Assembly: GCA_051362555.1 (NCBI GenBank) | Contig: CM120641.1 | Coordinates: 28,030,401 to 28,094,400, forward strand | DNA from: Lingula anatina | Taxonomy: Eukaryota; Animalia; Brachiopoda | DNA length: 64,000 bases | Direction of reading: 5' to 3' | Shown: piece after piece, positions 48,001 through 58,733 of the stretch | How the letters are laid out: each line of letters starts with the position of its first letter | Numbering within the stretch: position 1 is the stretch's first letter | Position numbers and translations under genes: made by a program | Notes under the pieces: generated by a model | Database searches by the model: none | What the model was told of the DNA's origin: nothing | The model's input: the letters and a program-made list of their open reading frames with translations, nothing else

Positions 48001-50334
48001 CACTTGCCAATTTAGCCAAATGCTAAAACTGACTTAAATTGGCTAAACAAAATTGGGTTGATTTGATTTGTTTTTGTCAAATTCAAAACATTTGGAGGAA
48101 AAAATGATGAAAAAGTAGTGATTTGGCTAAGCAAAAAAATTTGCTAGCGCTACCACAGACATGCATTCTTTTTTTTTTTTTTTAAGATTTAAAACAAGAA
48201 CAATCCCCAACACTGTTCCTTTTAAACATGCTACTTCTTCAACTGGTATTATCAGCTGGTGCTAACCTTAGTCAACAAGTTTTGCAGTTCATGTGGATGG
48301 AGTCTCTGTACTTCCCCAAGTTGCTCCGCTGCAGATTTCCGGACTAATGGAGTGGAACCAGTGTCCAGCAGAAGAAACAGTCGGTCAAGTCTAGATTTTC
48401 AAACAGAAAAAAAAAAATCAATGTTAAGTCATGAATTCTTAGAGCATCATAAGTCTTGATTGTATCTTTTTCATGCAACAGCTGTCAAACTGTGACTATA
48501 TCAAAGGGATTAAATATCTGTATAACAGTCATTTTATTGCAAAATAATCTGGCAGAGTAAAAAAAAAAATCTGCAAAAAATAATTCCTTCGTGAAGTACA
48601 TACTGTGATCAACATTTCATCAAAAGGCAATTCAGAATGGCATATATATATATCATTAGGATGACAACACATGCTTAACAGTTATGACAGGTTTCATTTT
48701 TGACATGTTATAGCTGACACACCTGTGAAATTTTACTATACTACGGGCTATGTATCGACAAACAGCACTTAATTTATGCAACAAGTTTATGAAATACTAC
48801 ATGTATGCATCGTCCCTGCAGGGGCAAAGTAGTTAAATCTCGACTCCATTCAACCAAATGCATGGGGAGGCATGTGAGAGGCGGAGAGACCATTACAAGA
48901 TTTCATGTAGGGTCCGCCATATTTGAGCCTTGGACCAGTTGATACTGGGATCTACTACTCTGAATGGCCCCTTAGAATCTGTTCAAAATACTGGCTTGGA
49001 TCACTTTAATATACCTCTTTCATGTATAATATTTGAAGCAGGTCTACCAAAAACGCCATTCTTATGGGTTTTTAATACCTTACTAATGAAACCCTAGAAA
49101 GATAAAAGCATCAATTTGCCCACTTATTTTACTTTGTAAAACAGCATTTAGGGAAAAAAAAATCTATAGTTCTAACAGAAGTAATTGATCCCCCTTGAAA
49201 TCCTGTGATTCAAAGTATCTATGATAGGTTAGGATGTTTGATAATCCTTTAAAGTATGAAATACTAATAAAAACAGCTTCTAATTTTTTTATCATCAAAG
49301 CTTTGTAAAAAAAAAAAAAAAAAAAAATCAAAGGTATACTATTCACATATGGAAATGCCCAAGTCATAATTTATATACATATACTGCAAAGTTACCTATC
49401 TTCCCAATTTATACCTTAAAAAATTAAAGCCCCTCAAAAAAAAAAAAATTGATGTCACTATTTTCTGTTGAAATGTTCAGAAAGACTTAACAGTGTATTA
49501 AGTGACTGATCAGCAATTAGACTTGTGGTCAAGTTTGATCAATCACGAATAGGAGAATGCTTCTTCCATTTAAAGGAAAACTTGATTTGGCAAGAAAATC
49601 GCAGATAGTTTCAAACTGATATTTCAACCATAAAAGAAGACACAACTGCATGTGGACTATCTGGGGTTACATTCCTGTATGTCTCCACTTCATTAAAAAT
49701 GCAACACATAAGAGATAATACCAGATTTAAAAACTTACAGTTAACCAAAAATTTAATTCCAATGAGAGGCAGGAAGAGTGGTGGTGGTGGTGGTGGTGGT
49801 GGTGGTGGTGGTGGGGGGGGGGGAGGGAGTAACGATGCAGGGACAAAAAGGCATGACCCCTATCTGGGGGGGGGGGGGGGGGGGGGGTATCAGACCAATT
49901 CTGGTCAACAAAGAGTGGCCAAGCTTGTCCAGGGGCAGTTTTCTTCCAATAACATATGTGAGCATCACATTTTTTTCATTTTTTCTTTTTGCTACAATTG
50001 CCATACAACTTTTCATTAATCACAAAAATAAATACATCAAGATGTAATTACAAACACTATCTTCCTCTCTACACACATCATGTATAAACATATATACAGA
50101 CAAAATAAATAACTATACTTGACTAGTCCAGCTGTTAAATATCTTTCATACACTTTCAGCAAACAAAACGGCCTTGACCACAGTTGTGCCCGCTTTGACG
50201 TTCAAGTTTGACAACAAACCAGCCTTTGTATCTAAATTACATAAGAAACAACTAAGAATTCGTACCACTTTAAATCTGTTTGTGTAATCCTCGTGTGTCT
50301 TTTTCGTCTCTCAAACGTCTTACCTAGTAGTCAT
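23667..50334 (-). CDS. BTAF1: TATA-binding protein-associated factor 172 (Mot1; HEAT repeats + SNF2 ATPase), ~39 coding exons
   Basis: First coding exon 50334-50324 (MTTR) splices to [11 protein letters not shown] (48390-48267). HEAT segments WETRIAS, WEVRHG and [12 protein letters not shown]2 motifs [32 protein letters not shown] and [14 protein letters not shown]-terminus [21 protein letters not shown] with stop at 23667. Confidence 0.97.
24067..24305 (-). mobile_element. Short Helentron/HINE-like non-autonomous element
   Basis: Hairpin GCACTC-GGA-GAGTGC near one end. ACCTCGGCCAAGG (24094-24106) is inverted relative to terminal CCTTGCTGGAGGT. (GACA)-like repeats and a terminal hairpin at 24286-24302. 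A related end fragment lies near 45280-45418. Confidence 0.65.
30709..31346 (-). other. U12-type (minor spliceosome) GT-AG intron in BTAF1
   Basis: 5' splice site GTATCCTTC at 31346. Branch site TCCTTAAC at 30729-30722, about 13 nt from the CAG acceptor. Flanking exons join in frame (EALT-H-IIDSLG). Confidence 0.93.
35350..35510 (-). repeat. 44-bp tandem repeat (~3.6 copies) derived from a BTAF1 exon end plus splice donor
   Basis: Unit GTCATGGTATGGACCAGTCATGAACAGGTTATTTGAAGTAGGTT matches the exon end GTCATGGTTTGGGCCAGTCAGGAACAG|GTAATTTGAAGTAG. Confidence 0.9.
35754..36137. mobile_element. MITE with imperfect TIRs, preceded by an exact 141-bp partial duplicate
   Basis: GTTCAC...TTTTCTAAAAATCTATTTTCTATT versus AATAGAAAATAGATTTTTAGAAAA...GTGAAC. 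35754-35894 is identical to 35915-36055, each following a long G run. Confidence 0.7.
40817..40864. repeat. (TAAC)n microsatellite
   Basis: Direct tetranucleotide run. Confidence 0.95.
41138..43756 (-). mobile_element. Helentron/HINE-like element (same family as 9980-11842) with head-to-tail internal duplications
   Basis: Shares both termini (TTTTTATGTACAGACAC... and ...GACAGCTTTGCTGCCTTGTT) and the body with the PSMD8-intron copy. The 5' portion recurs about three times, with restarts near 42860 and 41690. Confidence 0.85.
49778..49887. repeat. (GGT)n and poly-G tracts
   Basis: Direct low-complexity runs in BTAF1 intron 1. Confidence 0.9.
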
Positions 50335-50599
50335 TTCATTTGCTTTGATTTCCGGATCTTCAAGGGCAACACGTCTGCTGAAAAAAAAACTTTGGCAAGA
50401 CGATATAACTCAACTCCAAGAAGAAACTTTTCTGGTCGGTAGTAGGCAAGCAGGTAAAAGAGTGTTTAGATGCTCCCGGGATTGCTTCAAAGGGCATCCC
50501 TCCTCATTTTGAAAGGAGTGTAATGGTTTGAAATGCAAAACTGTACGATAAACACGACGCGTTTCAATAAAGACTGACTCCTGTCCTCTCCCTTCGCGC

Positions 50600-50800
50600 T
50601 CTGTATTTATACTGACTGCCATCTTACAGCTCGCCTAGCTAAAGGCAGCAACTTGCGCTGCTGATTGGTTAATTTTCTTTGCATCGGCGTTTATCCAATC
50701 AAAAGAAGGTATTTTTGATGAACCTTGTCGCTTGCCAAATTGAGACTCATATCCGTTCTACCGAAGGTCAGTAGGGTGTAGAAGTTGGCTGACCATAAGA
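50600..50800. promoter_or_regulatory. Probable shared promoter region of divergent BTAF1 and CYP
   Basis: Locally CpG-rich, with CCAAT boxes in opposite orientations (50664-50668, 50695-50699). Candidate BTAF1 5'UTR intron with donor GTAAGA at 50627 and acceptor T8-CAGCAG at 50388-50375. Confidence 0.55.
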
Positions 50801-51245
50801 AATTAACTAAGTGAAGGTGCCTTTGTTATATTATTAACTTGCAGTCTAGATGGTGTCACCTTTTACATTAATAATGGTCCTGTAGTTCACAATATTAGCA
50901 GAATGTCAATGATATTTGCAAAAAGTACTTTACTAGTACTCTTACCAGTGGACACCAGTTGTTGCTGTGCATTTTTGTACTTGTCTATTTCTTCATCAAT
51001 TAACAATGTCATAGTTTACTTCTGAAACTACAGTCTCACTACAGATGGACATTTCAGAGTTATATTCCTTTCTCTGATATCTTGTACACTCTGAACAGTA
51101 GTTTGCTGCACCCATTTCTTCTAATTTTAATTAAAAGTTAAAACTAGATTAGATAGTTATCATTTTTTTTTTAGAAATTAGTTTTTTTCCAGAAATCTGT
51201 TCAGCACTCTTTTTGATGCAATAATCTTTTTACGGTTCCAGTAAC

Positions 51246-51432
51246 ATGGACATTTTGGTGCAGAATGGAAGCAACTTGTCTTCTATCCTGACTTATTGCT
51301 TAGTGCTTTGGATAACATACTTCATTTACAAAGTTTTGATCAAGCCATTTCTTTCTCCTCTCAGAAGGGTAAGTTTGAAACTGTCAGATTGTAGTCTGTA
51401 GTCAAAAGATTTTAGGTAAAGTCTCCTCATGC

Positions 51433-51472
<40 letters not shown>

Positions 51473-54400
51473 TTGTCAGGTAGTTAAAGTACACAGTAGT
51501 CAACCTAAGTCTCATGCATAATTTATATTGTTTTTTTTTTAATCAGTAAAATAGACATATATTGCAGTTTCGAATGAAAAAAATGTTGACTGTATACAGT
51601 CATGTATATTTAAGAACTTTTTCTTTTCAAGATACCTGGTCCAAGGTATCACAACCCAATATATGGCAATGTTAGAGAAGCAATGCAAGGTGAAGCTATG
51701 GAGACATCAACAAGGTAAGAATGTAAACATTGTGTAGAGGTTCCTCAAGACTTTGAAAGGTAGAGGTATAAGTGATATAACTAAAAGACCAATTAGGCTG
51801 TCTGTTAGCATGATATTGCAGAATAAACCCTCCACATAATTGCATAAATTAAATCTGCTCAGTTGTATATTGTATTCAAGGGTATTGTATGGTTAAGAAA
51901 AGTACCTGATTATGAGGACCTCTTTAGGTAGTTTGTACAAGTGTTTTTTTTTATTTATATTATTTGATTGAAAATGGTTTATTCTCAAATACATCAGGAT
52001 ATAATTGCAGATTTATGAATATTTATGTCATTCCGTGTTCACACTTCAGATGGGTGAAAAAATATGGTGACATAGTGAGATATTACCATCTGCTGGGAAG
52101 GGAACGCGTCTTGATTGCTTGTCCCGAAGGCTTGAAGAGGATGCTTGTAACAAATGCTAAAAATTATGTGAGGACATTTGCAGGAACATCGTAAGTCAAT
52201 ATGCTATTAAGAGGGAGCAATAAAGATGTAATCTATTATGCTACTTTCCCTTTCAGTTTAGACACAAACAAGAAACATAAAACTAACATTGCTTAATAGA
52301 GCAAGTACTTGTGAACTATAACACAGTAGATATAACGAACATTTAAGTAACTGTAAGCAAGATTGCAAGACATAATAGAGAGCCCTAGGCTGTATTCCCA
52401 GAGCTTTTAGATCGATCTATCCCCACGGGGAATCTCACTAGATTACTGTCAGATAATCCGGCTTAAATGTCCGTCCCGCCTACTACAAGCTGTAAGGGGT
52501 AATTAACTTTCGTGTCCGCTTGGCTTACAGCTATTTAGCGTGAACCCCCAGGGAGTTAGGTCGATCTAAAGTAGATCGATCTAATCTCTGGAAATGGGGT
52601 CCTAGATACCTTAGTCCATGATAGTTGTGAGTGGCATTATAAGAGATGGGTTATTGTCTTTAAATTCCATTCAGGTTCTAATGGAATAAGCTAGTTTCCA
52701 TTTTACTTTAGGACTGTAAGCAGACTTGGGGGACAAGGTATTTTGGCAGTTGATGGAGACTATCATAGACAACAAAGGAAGATTTTCCATCATGCTTTGT
52801 TTGGAGAGGCTGTTCTTAGTAAGTGTATAAAGGACATTCATGACTATTTTTATTTTTGAACTTTTTTGTCTCAAGTATATTTTTTTTCATTTTGTATGGG
52901 TACAATAAAAAAGGTTTTAAGATGTTTTAAATTGTGTTCCAATAAACACAAGTTTATAGGACATTCCACAGTATATTGGAAAACCAGAATATATATCAAA
53001 AGTGGTTTCAAGAAAATAACAAATACAGTATTTCTCCTTAAACCTGGAAGTGATATTCAAGATAACGTTTTTCTCATAGAAAATAATACCTATACCTGAA
53101 ATTTGTCTGTATGGGAAGATTACAAAGACATGTAGAACAACGCATATTTTATGCATGCACACATAGCTATGTCTATTGGCGGCGGTTTATACAAAAATGC
53201 AAAACACGATTAGTCGTCATCGTTATCAGATCAGTCGAAATGAAAACACGATTTGTCGTCGTCGTTATCAGATCAGAAGGCAAAATACGACTAGTAGTCG
53301 TCAAAACGCAACTAGTCATCAAAACGCAACTAGTCATCATCAAAACGCAACTTGTCATCATCAAAACGCAACTAGTCATCATCAAAACGCAACTTGTCAT
53401 CAAAACGCGATTTGACGCCAGATGGCGCCCATTGTACAAAAATCTAGGCCAAGTCACATGATCCACAGTGATCAAAATGGCGGACGTTATTGAAGCAGCA
53501 TTATCATATTCCTCGCTCGAATTCGAGAATTATCTCTACGCGTACAATCTAATAATGATATTATATATATAATAATATCTGGAACTTGTGAAATGAGTAC
53601 AACAATAAAGCAGTGCTTCACAAGTGTGTGTTTTTGGTTTTTTTTTTAATTTATAACATGTCCAAATTATTTAATAAATTATTTAATTACTTATTATTTC
53701 GAGAATTATCTCAACGCGTACAATCTAATAATGATATTATATATATAATAATATCTCGAACTCGAGATAATTCTCGAGTTCGAGCGAGGAATATGATAAT
53801 GCTGCTTCAATAACGTCCGCCATTTTGATCACTGTGGATCATGTGACTTGGCCTAGATTTTCGTACAATGGGCGCCATCTGGCGTCAAATCGCGTTTTGA
53901 TGACAAGTTGCGTTTTGATGATGACTAGTTGCGTTTTGATGATGACAAGTTGCGTTTTGATGACTAGTTGCGTTTTGATGACTACTAGTCGTATTTTGCC
54001 TTCTGATCTGATAACGATGACGACTAATCGTGTTTTGCATTTTTGTATAAACCGCCGCCCATATATGTCACTTGTACATTTGTACAGTAAGCGTCTGTTG
54101 TGCATTTCTGCATTATCTTGGTGTGTCATTATGTGCATCAGCTTAGTCTGTCACCATGTACATTTATGAATTACATTTGTTTGCCTGCCATGTACATTTG
54201 TCTATTGCCTGTGCATTTGCCATTAAAAATACCAACAATTATTATTATTATTGGATATTACAGACATGGTCCCAGTTTTCCAAACCAAATGTCAGCAGGT
54301 GATCAACAAGTGGACACAACAGCTTAAGAGCCATTGTGAGGGATGTGTGGTGGATGCACAACTTGATTTGACCAATATGGTATGTAAGTTAAACAGATGA

Positions 54401-54908
54401 AAAATATCTGGTTGAAATGTAGTTGAAAGGGACATTTTAATTTTAATGTAACTTAAAAGTAGGGTTTTGTACAAAAATGTTTTTAATAAATTTCCCCAGC
54501 ATCTTCAGCAGCCTGCATGTTTGTGTGTATGAATGAGTATATATGTTCTTTATGTTAATTTGTAAATTTGTATGTGTTTGTGTGTGGGTATGAGTGACTG
54601 ATTGTATTTGTTTATGCAATGTGTGCATATGTCAGTTCTTTCATGCATGTTATTTAAAAATCTCTTTTTTCCCTTTTATTCATAAGGCTTTAGATGTCGT
54701 CAGCCAGTGTGCATTTAGTTATAACCTCAACAGCATCTCAGACCCAGATAATGAAAATGTGAAAGCATTGGGATTTGTTACCTCCGTTCCATCTGTCAGG
54801 TAAAAAGTTTGATGATTAAGAGAATATACAGTTACAAAAATGGAAACTGATGATTTAAGCTTGGATCCTCTTGTGTAACATCTAAGGATTAGATGCCTTT
54901 CATGTTTC

Positions 54909-54961
<53 letters not shown>

Positions 54962-57670
54962 CAAATTTGCAACATATAAATACATTCTTAGCATCATAAT
55001 TGAATAAAATCACTAATGAATAAGAATAGAGGAATATCAAAAGACATGAACAAGTTGAGAATAAAGTTACTAAAATGCAAGTCTATCAGTCTATTTTGGA
55101 ACTTGTAATTGGCACTGGTTAAAAGATTGTTTGGTTTTAGGTCTTTTGAATGTCTCTGGTTCCCTTAATGACTATTTCATAACATTTTTAGCATGATGCC
55201 ATGAAAAGAGGGTGGGTTAGAACCACCTAACAGAACACAAAGTTTTTACAGAGCCATTGGATATGGTGGCAAAATTGTCACCTTGACCAACTTGCCTTGA
55301 CCTAATTTTCATTGCCATTGTTTAAGAAAAAAAAAACTTACTAATATTAAAACATTGAAATGAAGTGACCTAAGATCAAATTTGCAAGATAGAACTTTAT
55401 CATATTGTTTCCCACTTCCCATAGTCTTCTCTTTATTGTCACAATTTTGTTATAACTGCGCAAAAGCTATTGACCCTTGTTGTCACCTTTTTGTTATTAA
55501 TCTTGGGCATGTGATATATTCTATTACTGCTGTATTTTAAAGATTAAGGTCTTTTTATGAATTTCTTCAGTGTCCCATGTTGTCTTCACTGCTTGATAAA
55601 ATGAAGACAAAAGTTATTTTATTTGTTTTGTAGCTTCCAGAACACAATACCTATTTTAAATAGGATACCGACTGCATACAACAAAACATATGAGAAAATG
55701 GTAAAAGTGGCGGATGACTTGGTGAATAATATCATAAGTGAGAGACAAAGAAATACTGATTGTAAGTTCTGGTAATGATTTTGAAATTAATAACTTCTAG
55801 CTGCCAACTATGTATAGAGGTTTAGAAGTGATTCCCTGAAATTAGAAAAATATTTCATTCATATATGTGTTTAAATTTTTACATATCAAATGACATTTTA
55901 TTTATTGTTTAGGCAGATCAACAAGTGCACTTTCTCTGTAAATGTATTATGATGGAAAATGAGAAATTAAATAGAAAATAATTACAATATATATTGAACA
56001 TAACTTTTTCTGTTTTGGCGTATTTATTCATGTTTGATCACCAAAATGATTAACTTTTTTTTAAAGTTAAAACAGTGATAGCTTGGAAGGAAAAAAAATT
56101 ACTGGTTTAGATTTCTTCGACCAGATTGAGTTTCCTTTATGCAAGTGGCAGACAATATGACAGCTAACATAAGTATAATTTTCCATTTCAGCTGACAACC
56201 CAGAAAATGATATCCTGGCATTGCTGCTTAAAGCCCATGACCCAGAGACAGGACAGACTTTTTCTGACAAGGAACTTCATGACCATATTATAAGTTTCCT
56301 TATTGCTGGACATGAGGTAGGGTCATTTTGTAATAAATAAAATTGATCTATTTAGTTATGTAGAGAAAGCATTGAAATTGAAAATATTGGGTTATTACTT
56401 ATATAATTTATTCCTGAACACCATTAGAGGTAAAAGCATTGGTTAGTTCCATAGATTTCATTTTCTAAGTACCATGCTATCCATGTGGAATAAACTTTAT
56501 TATCAAAACAGCTAGATAAAAATTATTCTTTTCTTCCTTTGTGTCCTATTGCTATTTGTTTGGCTAATAGGTCAAACCTTACTGTACGTTTCAGACAACA
56601 GCAAAAGCCATGTCTTGGGCACTGTACATGATTGCAAAACATGAAGACATTCAAGAAAGGGCTTACAAAGAAGCTGTGCAGGTGCTTCCACCAAGGGAGG
56701 AGAAAATAACCTGGGAATATGTTGATAGATTACAATATATCAATTGTATTATAAAAGAAACTCTCAGGTGAGGATTGTTTAGATTAAGGCAACTTTTTTG
56801 TGTGCTTCTGAATCAGCACACAAAATAACTGCCATTAAAAAACATATATATAGATGCACACAGTGGAAGTTTAAATTAGATTGTTGCATGCAATATACAC
56901 ATTTCTAAATAAGTCCACCAAAAGCCTTGGGTATTTGTGCTCTGGGTAACTCATATTTTGAGTGTTTGAAAAAACTTTAAAAAGTGTGGCATGTTCTTTA
57001 TCGTTAATTCAAAATCCCTTATTCCAGATTGTATCCCACAGTACCTAGTGCCAACAGGAAGGCAGTTAATGATGACAAAATTGGTGAATATCTCATTCCT
57101 GCTGGAACCACGGTCACCTATCACGTAGGGGCTCTTATGAGGTAGGCTAGCTTTCTGTATTAACAAAATAATGCACATTGTTACTGTTTTATGAGATGTA
57201 TTGGCCCTGCTGTATCAAGTAGATAAAAGTGCTATTTTGTAAGAACGTAAATCACAAGGAATATTTAAATGCGAGGAAGCCATGTGACAGTAGCTGGATT
57301 AAGGATATAATATCATCGATGTGAATTGGTCTGCATGTATATAAGATGTGATTTATGTGACTCTGTTGATGCTCATTGAAATGTAATGCGTTGTTATAGA
57401 AATGCAAGATACTGGCCAGAACCTGAGAAATTTATGCCTGAGAGATTCCAAGATCCAGAAGCGGTGAGGCCTTTTACCTTCCTGCCTTTCATCACTGGGC
57501 CACACATGTGCCTGGGACACAAATTTGCCATGCTGGAGATGAGGCTTGTACTTGCCATGTTGCTCAGAGACTTCAAAATTACAACAGTGCCAAATATGGT
57601 GTTCAAGCGAAAGACTAAGGTTGTTATGGTGGCAGATCCCCCTATCAAAGTCCATATTGCATCTAGGTAA
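51246..57670 (+). CDS. Microsomal cytochrome P450, 11 exons, 497 aa (family not assignable by eye)
   Basis: Exons 51246-51368, 51632-51714, 52050-52190, 52712-52818, 54264-54379, 54687-54799, 55634-55761, 56192-56316, 56595-56767, 57028-57141 and 57400-57670 total 1494 nt in frame. N-terminal TM anchor plus IPGP hinge, I-helix AGHETT, ETLR, PERF and heme loop FITGPHMCLG. Confidence 0.95.
52388..52601 (+). mobile_element. PIF/Harbinger-type MITE, copy 1
   Basis: 214 bp with imperfect TIRs GGCTGTATTCCCAGAG / CTCTGGAAATGGGGTC and 3-bp TSD CTA. Confidence 0.85.
53174..54063. mobile_element. Foldback non-autonomous DNA transposon with 6-bp TSD (IS3EU-like)
   Basis: Inverted arms 53174-53536 and 53764-54063 with 18/21-bp subterminal tandem repeats. 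Termini TAT...ATA. TATGTC is duplicated at 53168-53173 and 54064-54069. Confidence 0.85.
54911..54962. repeat. (TAT)n microsatellite
   Basis: Direct trinucleotide run. Confidence 0.95.
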
Positions 57671-58241
57671 AATAGCCCACTGTATCAGGATATTTTTCAA
57701 AAATAATGCCACATATTGGGTTGTGGTATCCTGGACCAGGTGTCTTGGAAAGTAGAAATTCACATATGTGTGCGACTGTATATGGTCATAATTTTTTTTC
57801 ATTCAAAACTGCAATATATATCTACATTGACTAACAAAAAAAAAAAAAATGCTCAACTTTTTATCATGTTATTAAAATGATTATAATTAAAATATATCTC
57901 ATACGAAGGTCTCATGTGATGTATTTAACATTATTTTTTAAACATATAACAGAGTTAAAAAGATCAGTTTGAAAGTCATTACAATGATTCACATCAAGGA
58001 TACATTCTTGACCGAATGGATATTTTATCTTGTATTAACAGTAACCAACAATCGTAAATTTGCGATTGTAATCTTATATTAAAAATATTCATGCAAAGGG
58101 GATGAAGACTTAGCTTACTAACAAAATTTTCTTATTTTGTGAAAACGATTATAATTGTATTGTTGTACATTTTTAACAGATTACATATATATTAAGAAGT
58201 AGCAACATTTTGGGGTATAATGTCTGGAACTCTGACACTTA

Positions 58242-58456
58242 GGCTGTATTCCCAGAGCTTTTAGTTGGATCTATCCCCATGGGGAGTCTCACTAGATTAC
58301 TGTCAGATTATCCGGCTTAAATGTCCGTCCCGCCTACTACAAGCTGTAAGGGGGTAATTAACTTTGGTTCACGCTCGGCTGACAGCTATTTAGCGTGAAC
58401 CCCCAGGGAGTTAGGTCAATCTAAAGTAGATCGATCTAATCTCTGGAAATGGGGTC
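58242..58456 (+). mobile_element. PIF/Harbinger-type MITE, copy 2
   Basis: Closely similar to 52388-52601, with 3-bp TSD TTA. Confidence 0.85.
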
Positions 58457-58733
58457 TTAGATGCAGTATTGAATGGGGCACATATTTTGTATCAGATTAA
58501 AGCTAATTTTGATATTTATAAGTATTTGTTTTTGAAAGGACTTTAAAAGTATCCTTGTTGGTTTATTATACATTTTTATTGTATACTGTTATTTATCTAA
58601 CATTGAAAATAAATGACTATTCATACACACATAAAGTCAATTTCAAGTTCTTCTCTTCACTTCTCTTCACCAGTGACACTTTAATATTTCACTTAGTTAT
58701 TCATGAATCAGTTGATCGTACTGATCACCATTT

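Noticed and set aside
49699-50047. Gly-, Val-, Thr- and Pro-rich ORFs
   Set aside because: Translation of (GGT)n and poly-G tracts within BTAF1 intron 1.
50410-50622. ORF starting MAVS, identical to the first residues of human BTAF1
   Set aside because: No donor in the phase needed to join the LDRLF exon. The ATG lies inside a probable 5'UTR intron (GTAAGA donor at 50627). The MTTR exon at 50334-50324 splices correctly.
53111-54169. Repetitive ORFs (IKTQLV / MTSCVL repeats) on both strands
   Set aside because: These are by-products of the 18/21-bp repeats in the foldback arms, not genes.
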